Source: Archaeoglobus fulgidus DSM 4304 (GTDB lineage Archaea > Halobacteriota > Archaeoglobi > Archaeoglobales > Archaeoglobaceae). Taken from it: a stretch of DNA of 32,000 bases. The stretch lies in assembly GCF_000008665.1 (NCBI RefSeq), contig NC_000917.1, positions 1,260,001 to 1,292,000 of the forward strand. The letters run 5' to 3'. Of the stretch, positions 1 through 8,300 are shown one piece after another. The notes under the pieces are model-generated. The model saw only the letters and a list, made by a program, of their open reading frames with translations, did not search any database and was not told the DNA's origin. The position numbers were made by a program, and so were the translations under genes. Each line of letters begins with the position of its first letter. Within the stretch, counting starts at the first letter, position 1.

Positions 1-1556
1 TTGCCGAATATCTCATTCAACAAAAGCTTTAAGTAGGCGTTGCCGTTGTAATCACACCTGACGAAAATACTACCCCTTTCGTTCAGCAACTCCCTCCCAA
101 GCCTGATTCTGTTTTCAAGCATCGTTATCCACGTTGCATCCTTGTAACCAACCTTATAGAGAAAGTCAGCTTCCTGCTCTTTGTTGAAGGGAGGGTCGAT
201 GTAGATCGTCTGAACCTTTTCGTAGTACTTGCTCAGCAGCAGATTTAAGGCGTGAAAGTTCTCGCTTTTTATCAAAACACCATCCAAAATCTCATCCAAA
301 TCATTTTCCCTGGTTAAAGCGTCCACCAATTTCCACTTAAAGCTCTCGCTGAAATGTCTCGTGTCAATCGGCAGCTTTTTCCACTCCTTTCCCTCCAGAG
401 TGTGGCCGGAAAGGAGGTCGCCTTTTCCCTTAACTTCGATGCCGAAAAGCTCCCTCCACTCCTCTCTCTGCCTTTCGTTGCTCAAAATCTCGTCAAGAAT
501 GCTTTCTAGGAACTCTTCTCCAGCATACTCCTTAATCCTGTCCAGTGTGATTACGTAATGCGTATCAACAACGAACTTCTTCTTTTCCCAGAGCCTCTTC
601 TGAAAGTTTTCAATCTGCGCCAGAAAATCGATTATCTTCAGAGCGATTCTTCTGAAAACCCTCATTCCAGCAAGGTAAAGTCTCAGCCTCTCAAAATATT
701 TGCTCTCCTCCAAAACCTGCAGGTCCTCCAGCTGCAAAAACTCGTTTTTAATGTAAAAGTCCAATTCACGCTCCAGAAATCCCCTCAAATCCCTGTGAAT
801 GAAATAGTCTGTCGTGTTTCTTCTGGTGTAATTGTAGAGATGCCTTTCAATGTAACTCCTGCCCTTCTGGGAGTTCGGGTCTTTTTCGAAGATTAGTCTT
901 GCCAAACTTTTTTCCGGAATCTTTCTCTGCAAAATCCTAACCGTTTCCTCGTTGATTCTATCCTGCGTTATTCGCTTGAACCTTTTCTCTTCCTCCTCAG
1001 TAAGACCTCTGTATTCAAAGTATATGTTCAGCTCCCTCCTCTCCTCGTCGAAGTCCGCTATTTTTTCACTTAAAACGAAAAACTTCCTCTCCGGTGACTT
1101 TATGTTGCCCTTCTCCTCCTCTGCCTCCACAACTCTAAAGTTAACGGTCAACTCCTTAACCCTAAACGTGTACCTCCCGAAGCATTCGGTGGTTTTTACG
1201 TAATATTGATCCTTGTTTGCCCAGTAAAGCAAAACCTCCTCACCGTTGTAGGGAACGACGTACTTTTCATTCCTTCCGTATCTCCTTTTGCTTATGAAGT
1301 CGCCTTTGTCATAGTACCTTGAGAAGAACGTTATCAGATGATTGTAAACCTCCTTCTCCAGCTCTTCAGCCAATTTCAGCTGATTTTCAATTTCCTCAAT
1401 TAAATCCTTCTCGATGAACCTTTCAATCTCCTCCCGCCTGTAGTTCATTATCCTGTAGATGCCAAAGTCCAGATCAGCATTCTCGAATTGAAACATTTCT
1501 CTTAAATTTGCCTTCAATTTCTCTTTCAGGTCGCTTTTGCCCTCCATACTACCCAT
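1..1556 (-). CDS. DNA N6-adenine/N4-cytosine methyltransferase (beta-class, type III Mod-like), first 518 codons only; the rest lies left of the window
   Basis: Not in the ORF track because it runs off the left edge. My translation of the minus strand from the ATG at 1556 stays open to base 1: MGSMEGKSDLKEKLKANLREMFQFENADLDFGIYRIMNYRREEIERF... Near the edge it reads ...LIKSENFHALNLLLSKYYEKVQTIYIDPPFNKEQ..., which is the catalytic (D/N)PP(Y/F) motif IV preceded by the N-x-x-A-L-x-L-L block typical of Mod-type amino-methyltransferases. Confidence 0.75.
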   Translation of the reverse strand, partial: MGSMEGKSDLKEKLKANLREMFQFENADLDFGIYRIMNYRREEIERFIEKDLIEEIENQLKLAEELEKEVYNHLITFFSRYYDKGDFISKRRYGRNEKYVVPYNGEEVLLYWANKDQYYVKTTECFGRYTFRVKELTVNFRVVEAEEEKGNIKSPERKFFVLSEKIADFDEERRELNIYFEYRGLTEEEEKRFKRITQDRINEETVRILQRKIPEKSLARLIFEKDPNSQKGRSYIERHLYNYTRRNTTDYFIHRDLRGFLERELDFYIKNEFLQLEDLQVLEESKYFERLRLYLAGMRVFRRIALKIIDFLAQIENFQKRLWEKKKFVVDTHYVITLDRIKEYAGEEFLESILDEILSNERQREEWRELFGIEVKGKGDLLSGHTLEGKEWKKLPIDTRHFSESFKWKLVDALTRENDLDEILDGVLIKSENFHALNLLLSKYYEKVQTIYIDPPFNKEQEADFLYKVGYKDATWITMLENRIRLGRELLNERGSIFVRCDYNGNAYLKLLLNEIFG

Positions 1557-1624
1557 CCCTTAGTCTTTAGTCTTATTATCCTACCACCCATTCATTTTTG
1601 AGCGTATCGGTTTCGTGTTCGAGA

Positions 1625-1663
1625 TGTGATATCCCGAATTAATTTCACTCCTCAAACAACCAC
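1625..1663 (+). repeat. Left terminal inverted repeat of the IS (contains the transposase stop codon)
   Basis: About 30 of 40 positions match the reverse complement of 2550-2589 with one small indel. It starts with TGTG, as in IS3/IS481-type ends. Confidence 0.65.
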
Positions 1664-2544
1664 CTCCCGTACTCAAACACCCTTTCAGCAGGTAGCTTCC
1701 TCAAAAAGGCCTGATAGGGAGTCTCCAATTCGTCGAAATTCAGGCTCATGTGAGGCTTAACGTAATTGTACCAATAAATGAACTCATCCAAAGAATCAAA
1801 CAGATGGATCTTCTGCTCCATCAAACCAAAGAACCTCTCTATCTTTCCATTCGTTTGTGGATGGTTTATTCTGGCAAGAACATGCCTTACTCCATTCTCG
1901 GCCAAAAACTCCCTGAATCTATGCTTGGCCTTCTCTCTGCTTTTAGCTGCAACAAACTGAGTTCCGTGATCTGTGAGGATCTCATCCGGAATGCCATACT
2001 CCCTGAATCCCACTTTCAGGACTCTAATCGTGTTCTCAGTCGTAGCTGAATCGAAGACTCCGTAACAAGTAATAAAGCGGGAAGCATCATCCATGAAGGC
2101 TATAATCCATTTCTCTCCAAGCCTCTTCCAGTCTCCCTGCCATAAAGACATTGAGTGGGTTCTTTCGTATCTAACCCATTTCCTTCGTTTCTTCTTGCTC
2201 ATGTTCTCCTCCACCAAACCGTGTTTGAGTAAAACTTTGTAGATTGTATTATGGGAGATGTGGATGCCGTAATCCCTTTCTATCAGCTTTTCAAGAGGTA
2301 CTGGGCTGAGTCTGTATTTTTTGTAAGCTTGCAGGATTATTTTTTCTGTTTCCTCGTCTATTTCCTTGGGCTTTCTTCCCGGTTGTTTCAGTTCTGGAAT
2401 CTGGCCAGTTTCCTCATATTGTTTTTTAAGCTGGTAGATTCTTCTTGGTGTAACTCTCATCACAGCGGCTATTTCCTTTACTGGAGCTCCCTTGTCAAGC
2501 TGTCTGATTATCCACCTGATCTTTTTGTTCGTTAGTTTTCTCAC
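1645..2544 (-). CDS. IS transposase, integrase-core (rve) DDE type with N-terminal HTH, 299 aa
   Basis: The N-terminal HTH reads IRWIIRQLDKGAPVKEIAAVMRVTPRRIYQLKK. The DDE triad contexts are SLWQGDW, ILTDHGTQF and HPQTNGKIERFF, the last being the IS481/IS3 signature. I trimmed the track ORF (1645-2766) to the GTG at 2544 because its first 74 codons cross the IS end and are antisense to tRNA-Gly. Confidence 0.85.
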   Translation of the reverse strand: MRKLTNKKIRWIIRQLDKGAPVKEIAAVMRVTPRRIYQLKKQYEETGQIPELKQPGRKPKEIDEETEKIILQAYKKYRLSPVPLEKLIERDYGIHISHNTIYKVLLKHGLVEENMSKKKRRKWVRYERTHSMSLWQGDWKRLGEKWIIAFMDDASRFITCYGVFDSATTENTIRVLKVGFREYGIPDEILTDHGTQFVAAKSREKAKHRFREFLAENGVRHVLARINHPQTNGKIERFFGLMEQKIHLFDSLDEFIYWYNYVKPHMSLNFDELETPYQAFLRKLPAERVFEYGRWLFEE

Positions 2545-2549
2545 ATGAA

Positions 2550-2589
2550 GTGGGTGTTTAGTAGTGAAATAATTTAGGGATACTACACA
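2550..2589 (-). repeat. Right terminal inverted repeat of the IS
   Basis: It is the reverse complement of the left repeat and lies just upstream of the transposase GTG start at 2544. Confidence 0.65.
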
Positions 2590-2602
2590 AAAAAGCAACA
2601 AC

Positions 2603-2617
2603 GAAAGGCTTATTAAA
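2603..2617 (+). promoter_or_regulatory. BRE/TATA-like box for tRNA-Gly
   Basis: GAAAGGCTTATTAAA is centred about 27 bp upstream of the mature tRNA 5' end and only ~14-20 bp from the IS right end. Confidence 0.45.
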
Positions 2618-2639
2618 CAAGGGACGAAAAGGCTATCAA

Positions 2640-2712
2640 GCGCCGATGGTGTAGCCTGGTAACACAGGGGCTTGCCGAGCCCCTGCCCCGGGTTCAAATC
2701 CCGGTCGGCGCA
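2640..2712 (+). tRNA. tRNA-Gly (anticodon GCC), 73 nt, no encoded CCA, no intron
   Basis: It folds by hand into a cloverleaf: acceptor GCGCCGA/TCGGCGC, D arm GTGT-AGCCTGGTA-ACAC, anticodon stem GGGGC/GCCCC with loop TTGCCGA, T arm CCGGG-TTCAAAT-CCCGG, discriminator A. Confidence 0.93.
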
Positions 2713-2762
2713 TAGCACTTTTTTAAAAGATGCTGAATTAAAAACTATATTAAAAATAAAAA
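2713..2762. terminator. AT-rich bidirectional terminator region between convergent tRNA-Gly and the 77-aa gene
   Basis: A T6 run at 2719-2724 follows the tRNA on the plus strand. On the minus strand TTTTTATTTTTAATATAGTTTTTAATT directly follows the stop at 2763. Confidence 0.45.
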
Positions 2763-2996
2763 TCAAACATTAAACTCAACATTGTCCAAGCTCTCAAGCT
2801 CCTGGAGAAGCTGCTCAAGCTCCTGTAGGTCCTTTGTTATGTTGACGTCTTCTATTATTTGTTCCGTTTGCTGCTCTGTTGGAGTAACTTGAGGGGTTGT
2901 TTGAGGTGCGGGTTGATGTTCCACTTGCTTTCCCTGGCAGCCTGCAAAGAGTAAAGCCGCGAGGAGCAGTGCAACAAATGCAATTCTTGACCTCAT
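2763..2996 (-). CDS. Small secreted putative lipoprotein, 77 aa, function unknown
   Basis: The N-terminus is MRSRIAFVALLLAALLFAGC: a basic n-region, a hydrophobic core and a lipobox-like FAGC. It is followed by a Q/T/P-rich linker (QPAPQTTPQVTPTEQQTEQ) and an acidic heptad-like tail (DLQELEQLLQELESL). A GGTGAT Shine-Dalgarno sits 6 nt upstream, inside the end of the preceding gene. Confidence 0.55.
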   Translation of the reverse strand: MRSRIAFVALLLAALLFAGCQGKQVEHQPAPQTTPQVTPTEQQTEQIIEDVNITKDLQELEQLLQELESLDNVEFNV

Positions 2997-3002
2997 GGCT
3001 CA

Positions 3003-4052
3003 TCACCCGAATGTGACAGTTTCACTGCCCTCGAATTCAATTTCGTCAGTCACCGGCCCTGTTGGTGTCTGCTTAACCCTGTAGTATCCCTCTCCATTCA
3101 GCACAAGCTCACCGCTGCCATGAGCAAGGATTCTGAACTCTCCCTGGCCGCTCGCAGTGAAGTTGCCCTTTGCCACTATCATCTTAACTCCGGGAGTGTC
3201 AACCTTTGTAACTATAACCTCTTCCGGAATCGTGACGTTTCCTTCGCCCTTGATCTGCACCATGCTGAAGTTGCCGCTCAGCTCAAAGGAGCCATTTACG
3301 TGTGCGTAGACGAATCCGGTGTGGTACTCCGGTCTTGCCTCCCTCGCCAGCTCCTTTACGATTTCAAAGGCCTCCCTGAAGAGCTGGTTTACTTCCCTCA
3401 CCTTCTCCGCAAACTCTGGTGTACCCACGTAGCTCTCTAGCTCGTCCACAGCTTCCTCAATTTCGCTTATTTTCGCATCCAGTTCACTTACGTCTACTCC
3501 AGCAGCCTCAAGTCTGTCTCTTACCTGTATCAGCCTTTCGAGGATTTGATCGTACTTCTCAATTACGTATTCGTGCGCTGCAGACCTCATCTCCTGTCTA
3601 AGCTCTCCCCACATCCCTTTGATTTCCATGGCAACTTCCCTAAGTTCTGTGTAGTTCTGGGAAGCGTTTATTTCATCTTCAATTTCGTTCAGCCTGTTCT
3701 CTATTTCCTGGAGTTTGTTCATCAGTCTCTCCTTGGTCTCATTTCCAACGTTCATGTTTTGGACTCTCATCTGGACTCTTTCCACCCACCTCTTGGCCAT
3801 CTCAACCCATGCCTGCAGGTGCTTTTTCCACGCCTCAAACCTCTTTTCCTCTGCCTGCTTCCTTGCCTCCTCTATCTTCTGCCTTGTCTGGTTGAACCAT
3901 TCCTTAGCCTTTTGGAATCCTCTCTCCGCATTTTCGAAGCTTGGCTTTCCGTCACCGACCTGGGGCTTTTCCTGCTGCCACGGTGATGCTGCCGATGCTA
4001 CCGACACCAGCAGTATCATCAAGATTCCCATTCCCAGTAAATTCCATCTCAT
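3003..4052 (-). CDS. Secreted coiled-coil protein with C-terminal beta-rich domain, 349 aa, function unknown
   Basis: The track ORF starts at the GTG at 4061, but the ATG at 4052 is preceded by a GAGGTG Shine-Dalgarno. The signal peptide is MRWNLLGMGILMILLVSVASA/AS. About 230 aa are charged and helical (e.g. EEARKQAEEKRFEAWKKHLQAWVEMAKRWVERVQ; LNEIEDEINASQNYTELREVAMEIK). The last ~110 aa are beta-rich with recurring GNF / GxGE strands. Confidence 0.7.
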   Translation of the reverse strand: MRWNLLGMGILMILLVSVASAASPWQQEKPQVGDGKPSFENAERGFQKAKEWFNQTRQKIEEARKQAEEKRFEAWKKHLQAWVEMAKRWVERVQMRVQNMNVGNETKERLMNKLQEIENRLNEIEDEINASQNYTELREVAMEIKGMWGELRQEMRSAAHEYVIEKYDQILERLIQVRDRLEAAGVDVSELDAKISEIEEAVDELESYVGTPEFAEKVREVNQLFREAFEIVKELAREARPEYHTGFVYAHVNGSFELSGNFSMVQIKGEGNVTIPEEVIVTKVDTPGVKMIVAKGNFTASGQGEFRILAHGSGELVLNGEGYYRVKQTPTGPVTDEIEFEGSETVTFG

Positions 4053-4084
4053 TTTCACCACCTCAACCCTAAGTTGGTTTCGGA

Positions 4085-4093
4085 ATTTATAAG
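4085..4093 (-). promoter_or_regulatory. TATA-like box for the coiled-coil gene
   Basis: The minus strand reads CTTATAAAT about 35-40 nt upstream of the ATG at 4052, downstream of a T-run terminator candidate. Confidence 0.4.
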
Positions 4094-4112
4094 GAAACTT
4101 TCGTTCTTATGG

Positions 4113-4130
4113 TTCAAAAAAGCCCGCAAA
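4113..4130 (-). terminator. Oligo-T terminator candidate after the 381-aa gene
   Basis: The minus strand reads GCGGGCTTTTTTGAACC about 75 nt after the stop at 4202. Confidence 0.4.
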
Positions 4131-4201
4131 ATGGATTTAAAGCTTTACGAAGCTTTAGGATACTTCAGAACAGTTAAAAATCGTAGGAGGGGAGTAATTT
4201 T

Positions 4202-5347
4202 TCAAACTCTCCTCCTCAGTGCAATGGTTACGGCAATGGCGATGATTGTAGCGAGAGCTTCAAATCCCGGAGTGGGCTTTTCGGGAAGATGGGGATGGGG
4301 AATAGGGGCACCTTTGCTTGCAGCGAGAACGAAAACTCCACTCTCGTTTGAGCTGTAGCTGAGGGGCATGAACTCACTGCCGTTGTAGTAATCTGAAGCC
4401 AGCTTCAGTTGAGCTCCATCAAAGCGGTATATAGCTAAGGTCTTTTCAAAATCCTCAGACTCCTCCAAGTTAAGCTCAAAATACACCGATCCCTTACCAT
4501 CGTAAATGCTGGGATTGATTGTAACATTCAGGATGCTGCCATACTGAACAAACCCATCGGGCATCTTTAAATTGACAACGGAAATCTGGAAGTTCTCTCC
4601 CGAAACATTGACGCCATCAAAAACGTATGTGTTGCTTAGAGAGGCATCGTCAACAGCATACACTCCCCTCACATCATTTTTGCCCACAATCAGCCTGCTT
4701 TCTGACATGGCATGGATGAAAGCATCTCCATCGAACCTGCAATTTTCAATTAGATTTTCCTCCCCTCCGTTCAGCTCAATCCCATTACTTGTGTTGATTT
4801 CAAGATTTCTCAGCTTAACACCTCTTGAGGACTCCGCAGCAATGGCTATTGCTCCGCCCTCAAAACTGCTGTTTTCAATTTCCAAGGACGAGTCCTCCAA
4901 GCTCACCCCAGTGAAAAATCCGCTGAAGGAGAGCCCTTCAAGCCTCCCACTGCCAATACTGAAGGCTTTAATTCCTTCAAAGTTATTAAAAAAGCTGGAT
5001 TTCTTTATTGAAAGGTTGTTTACGAATCTGATCTCCATTCCAACGCTCCCGTTTTTGATTTCCACACCCTCAAGGGAGAAGCTGTCAACGCCGAAAACCG
5101 ATATTACTGGAAGATGTCTGAACTCAGGCTCGATAACTGCGCCATCCCCCAAAATCCTCAGCGACTTCTGTATTACTAAATTTTCTCTGTAAATGCCCGA
5201 TTCGATTAAAATTGTATCGCCGTTGGTTGAGGCTGCTATTGCATCGCTGATTGTTGTAAAATCGCACTGACCGCAAACCCTTAGGGTTGCAGCCGATACC
5301 TGCGGTGTTGCTGCAAGCAGTATCAGCATGACGAAAAGAAGCCTCAT
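4202..5347 (-). CDS. Secreted right-handed beta-helix (PbH1/NosD-like) protein with C-terminal PGF-CTERM anchor signal, 381 aa
   Basis: The signal peptide is MRLLFVMLILLAATPQVSA/AT. The beta-helix cap motif is FTTISDAIAASTNGDTILIESGIYRENLVI, followed by repetitive ~22-aa beta-helix turns (EGVEIKNG, LSIKKSSFFNN, LEIENSSFEGG, LRNLEINTSNG). The tail is PHLPEKPTPGFEALATIIAIAVTIALRRRV. Its ATG overlaps the stop of the giant gene (ATGA). Confidence 0.8.
   Translation of the reverse strand: MRLLFVMLILLAATPQVSAATLRVCGQCDFTTISDAIAASTNGDTILIESGIYRENLVIQKSLRILGDGAVIEPEFRHLPVISVFGVDSFSLEGVEIKNGSVGMEIRFVNNLSIKKSSFFNNFEGIKAFSIGSGRLEGLSFSGFFTGVSLEDSSLEIENSSFEGGAIAIAAESSRGVKLRNLEINTSNGIELNGGEENLIENCRFDGDAFIHAMSESRLIVGKNDVRGVYAVDDASLSNTYVFDGVNVSGENFQISVVNLKMPDGFVQYGSILNVTINPSIYDGKGSVYFELNLEESEDFEKTLAIYRFDGAQLKLASDYYNGSEFMPLSYSSNESGVFVLAASKGAPIPHPHLPEKPTPGFEALATIIAIAVTIALRRRV
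4205..4270 (-). other. PGF-CTERM-type sorting signal (PGF + hydrophobic helix + RRR) at the C-terminus of the 381-aa protein
   Basis: The translated tail PGFEALATIIAIAVTIALRRRV follows a Pro-rich linker. This matches the tripartite archaeosortase A recognition architecture known from haloarchaeal and methanogen surface glycoproteins. Confidence 0.6.
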
Positions 5348-8300
5348 TTTTTCACCACCCGAATTTCAATGTTCCCTTCGTAGGTGACATCACGGCTTCC
5401 GGTGTAGCTGCGGGTCATCTGGCATTCGCGGTATCCACAATCCCATGTGTAGCTGGTGGATGAGGGAGTAGAGCGTTTTACATTATACTGCCCTCTCACT
5501 TCCTCCCATCTGTCCTCTCCAACTTTCTCAAGGATTATGCATCCCCAGAAGGGGTTTTTATCTGTTACAGACGGGTATGTTTCTACCCACACATTCTGAA
5601 CTTCAGCAAAATTACCCTCGTGGCAGCCCTCTCTCAAATTCGTAGGATTGGTTTCCGGATTCCCGTCATACTGGCAGCCTCCAGAATCGCTGTAAGAGTA
5701 TGTCTCGCTACCGCTCCCCTTCGAAGAGCTCCATGAGACAGTACTCACACTGCTGTATGTGTGGCTGTCAGAGCCTTTCATGCTGAAGCTAAGAGGGACT
5801 GGCGCTATGCAAACAAGCAAATCTCCGCTTGGGGTTTCGTAAACCATTTCAGTTTTCACATCTCCAACATGAGCCGACACCGTTCCGGAGAAGGAGCCCT
5901 GAGAACTCGATGACGAACTCACACTATTATCGCAAAAGCTGCTACTACCTCCTCCGCTATTTTCGCTGTTGTAGAACTTGGATTGTATGAATGTGGCGGT
6001 TGTCCGCTCATCTTCTCCACCCTGCTTCCATGTAGTCTGGGAGGTGAAGAAGTAAGAGTGTCCGCGAGCCTCATTCAGTGTTTTTGAATAACTTCCGCTA
6101 TCAGTCTCCCAGTGACATTCTGAATCATCAGGGCAGCACAGGGCTTGCATTGAATGAGATAGCTCCTCAGTTCCGGATAAACTCGTCACCGAAATCGCAG
6201 ACCACTTGATGAATAATGTGAATTCCTTTTCTTTCACCTTTATGCTCGCTGAATCCCTCACCACTCCGAGTTCGCTTCTATACTCAAAACTCATTCTTGC
6301 AAGCCCCTCCTTCTCCCCGGCAGTATATTTCAGCTTGGCAACACCGTTTTCATCAGTTACGGGATTTCCGGAGGCATCTAACACCCCCGCAGGAGTTAGC
6401 CTGCCGTCAAGAAGCTGATTTCTGCCCACCACTATGGATTTTCCGGCTAAGGGCTCTCTCTCCCCCTTTTCGTTTTCCCTGTAGAGGCTGACCTCCACGA
6501 AGGTTGAGTGTCTTGGGAGTATCTCCCTCTCAGCCTTCACGTCCATCTTCACACCATTTATTTTGATTACCGCGACAGCAGTAGCTTTTTTCATCCCCCT
6601 GCCGAAGGTTACAACTTTAACCAAATCCTCTCCGGCCTCTATGCCTTCTTTGAGCGTGTATTTCGCCACAGCAGTCCCCCCCTCGATCCCCTCTCCAGCT
6701 GTTCTCGTATCTCCAATGACCCACTGGTTGGAGCTAACAATCTCCCCCTCCGTTGAGACTTTCGTAGCTTCCCAATCTGCCCTCACGACTCCCCTTTCCG
6801 TTTCCTTCTGGAAGTAAACCTCCTGCCTCCTCAGCACGTTGCCGAGAGATTCGCTGATCCAGACCGCAGGTTTTCCTCTGCAGTCTGTAACCTTTGCGTA
6901 GATGGTGGCCTCTCTGCTCTCTTCCGAATCAGGTGAAACCGAGTCAGGGACAACCTTGATCTCTATCCTCGGATCTCTCGGCGGAACTGGTCTCTTCATC
7001 TCAAAATCGTCAATTATCTGCCTTAAATCGCCAGTCCTCTGAATTATCAGCCCCACATTGTCCAGAGGATTGCTAACTTCGGTCACATAGTAGTAAGTTT
7101 CAGGAAGTATCGTGCGCTGGGGAAACTCCTGCAGGTCTGCGGTGATGTGGTAGTAATGCATGTCCCCACCAATTTTTATAACGTAGAAGTAATCCGGCAT
7201 GCCGGGATTTCTTAAAGCGGTTTCCGCCTGATTCAGAACCTCAATTAGATCGTTGACGCTGTAAACCTCCACTTCAGGAGACGTGCTCCTCACGAACTCC
7301 GTCGCTCTTGCCGCCAGAAAACTGCTGATTTTAGCTTTGTCAGCTTCTTCAAAGCCCTCAATCCCGTAAAGGAGCTTAATGTCATCTCTGAGCATGTCCA
7401 ACGCAGTGTCGTCCAGAACTACGGCAACACCGACCTTCGGCTTGGAGCATGCGCTAATCCCCTCAAGCCTTATGTATTTTTCAGAAATTTTCTCCACCAG
7501 ATTTCTTCCTTCCAATCCCCACATCTCAAGCCCGGAAGAGCTCCTTTCATACAGGAACTCAAGCTCAAGGTTTCTCGTAACCTTTCTGCCACAATCAGCA
7601 GAAATCAGCGTTAGCGGTATTCGGTAAACCTTCCCGCTTCCGCTGTAAGCCTCCCCCGTCAGGTAGTATTTTCCGGGCTTTATTGTGAAGCTGTAGTCGT
7701 AGTGGTTTCCGCTGATTTCCATTTCCTCGAAATCCATGGTGTAGAAGTCTATCAGCCTGATTCTGCTAAGCACGATTGGAGAGGTGTCATCGGTATATCT
7801 GAGATACGTCCCCTCCACAGTGGAATCTTTGAAGCAGACGTGGAAGGTTGTGATGTCGTCATCCAGAAGCTCTCCTGATTCGTTGTAAAGGCTGCTCCTC
7901 AGGATGTATGTGCCCTCTGTCCAGTCTGCGACAATTTCGTTAAGTGCAACGAAGTAGTCGGAGTGAATTGGGGCGTAATTTTTAATCTCAGGCTCTTCGG
8001 AAAGCACTGGGAGGTATATTCGGTCACCATCCGGGCTTTCCAGCGAGACCATCAGCGTTCCATTCTTCTGGCTACCCGTAAGCATGTGCTCAACCAGAAT
8101 CTCCTGCCCCCTGCTGAAAACATCCCTGTTAACGTAGAGCTTCACTGAAACTTTCTGGCTGTGGTAGATTTTTTCGGTTGAGACGGAAACTTTTTTGCCA
8201 TAGCTGTCAACAATTTTCCCCACCAGCAGGTAAGTGCCCTCTTCCATGCCGTCAAAATCAAGCGTTGACGGAAGCTTTCCGTAGTAGCTTAATTTCAGAT

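Larger units (their letters stand above)
1625..2589 (-). mobile_element. Insertion sequence, ~965 bp, one rve/DDE transposase, TGTG...CACA ends; size and host fit the A. fulgidus element I remember as ISA0963 (IS481-like)
   Basis: Imperfect terminal inverted repeats of ~40 bp bracket a single transposase gene. The left repeat is TGTGATATCCCGAATTAATTTCACTCCTCAAACAACCAC. The reverse complement of the right end is TGTGTAGTATCCCTAAATTATTTCACTACTAAACACCCAC. Confidence 0.75.

Noticed and set aside
1600-2600. Target-site duplication flanking the IS
   Set aside because: I compared 3-10 bp on both flanks for several plausible end positions and found no direct repeat, so I report its absence rather than a duplication.
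1645-2766. The 373-aa ORF as given in the track
   Set aside because: Its first 74 codons extend beyond the IS right inverted repeat and read the antisense strand of tRNA-Gly. The transposase homology begins at VRKLTNKKIRW, so I call 1645-2544 (GTG start) instead.
4572-5192. 206-aa plus-strand ORF (and the 186-aa ORF at 10729-11289)
   Set aside because: They are antisense to the beta-helix genes. The repetitive codon structure of beta-helix repeats tends to leave the opposite strand open. They have no signal, motif or ribosome-binding site.
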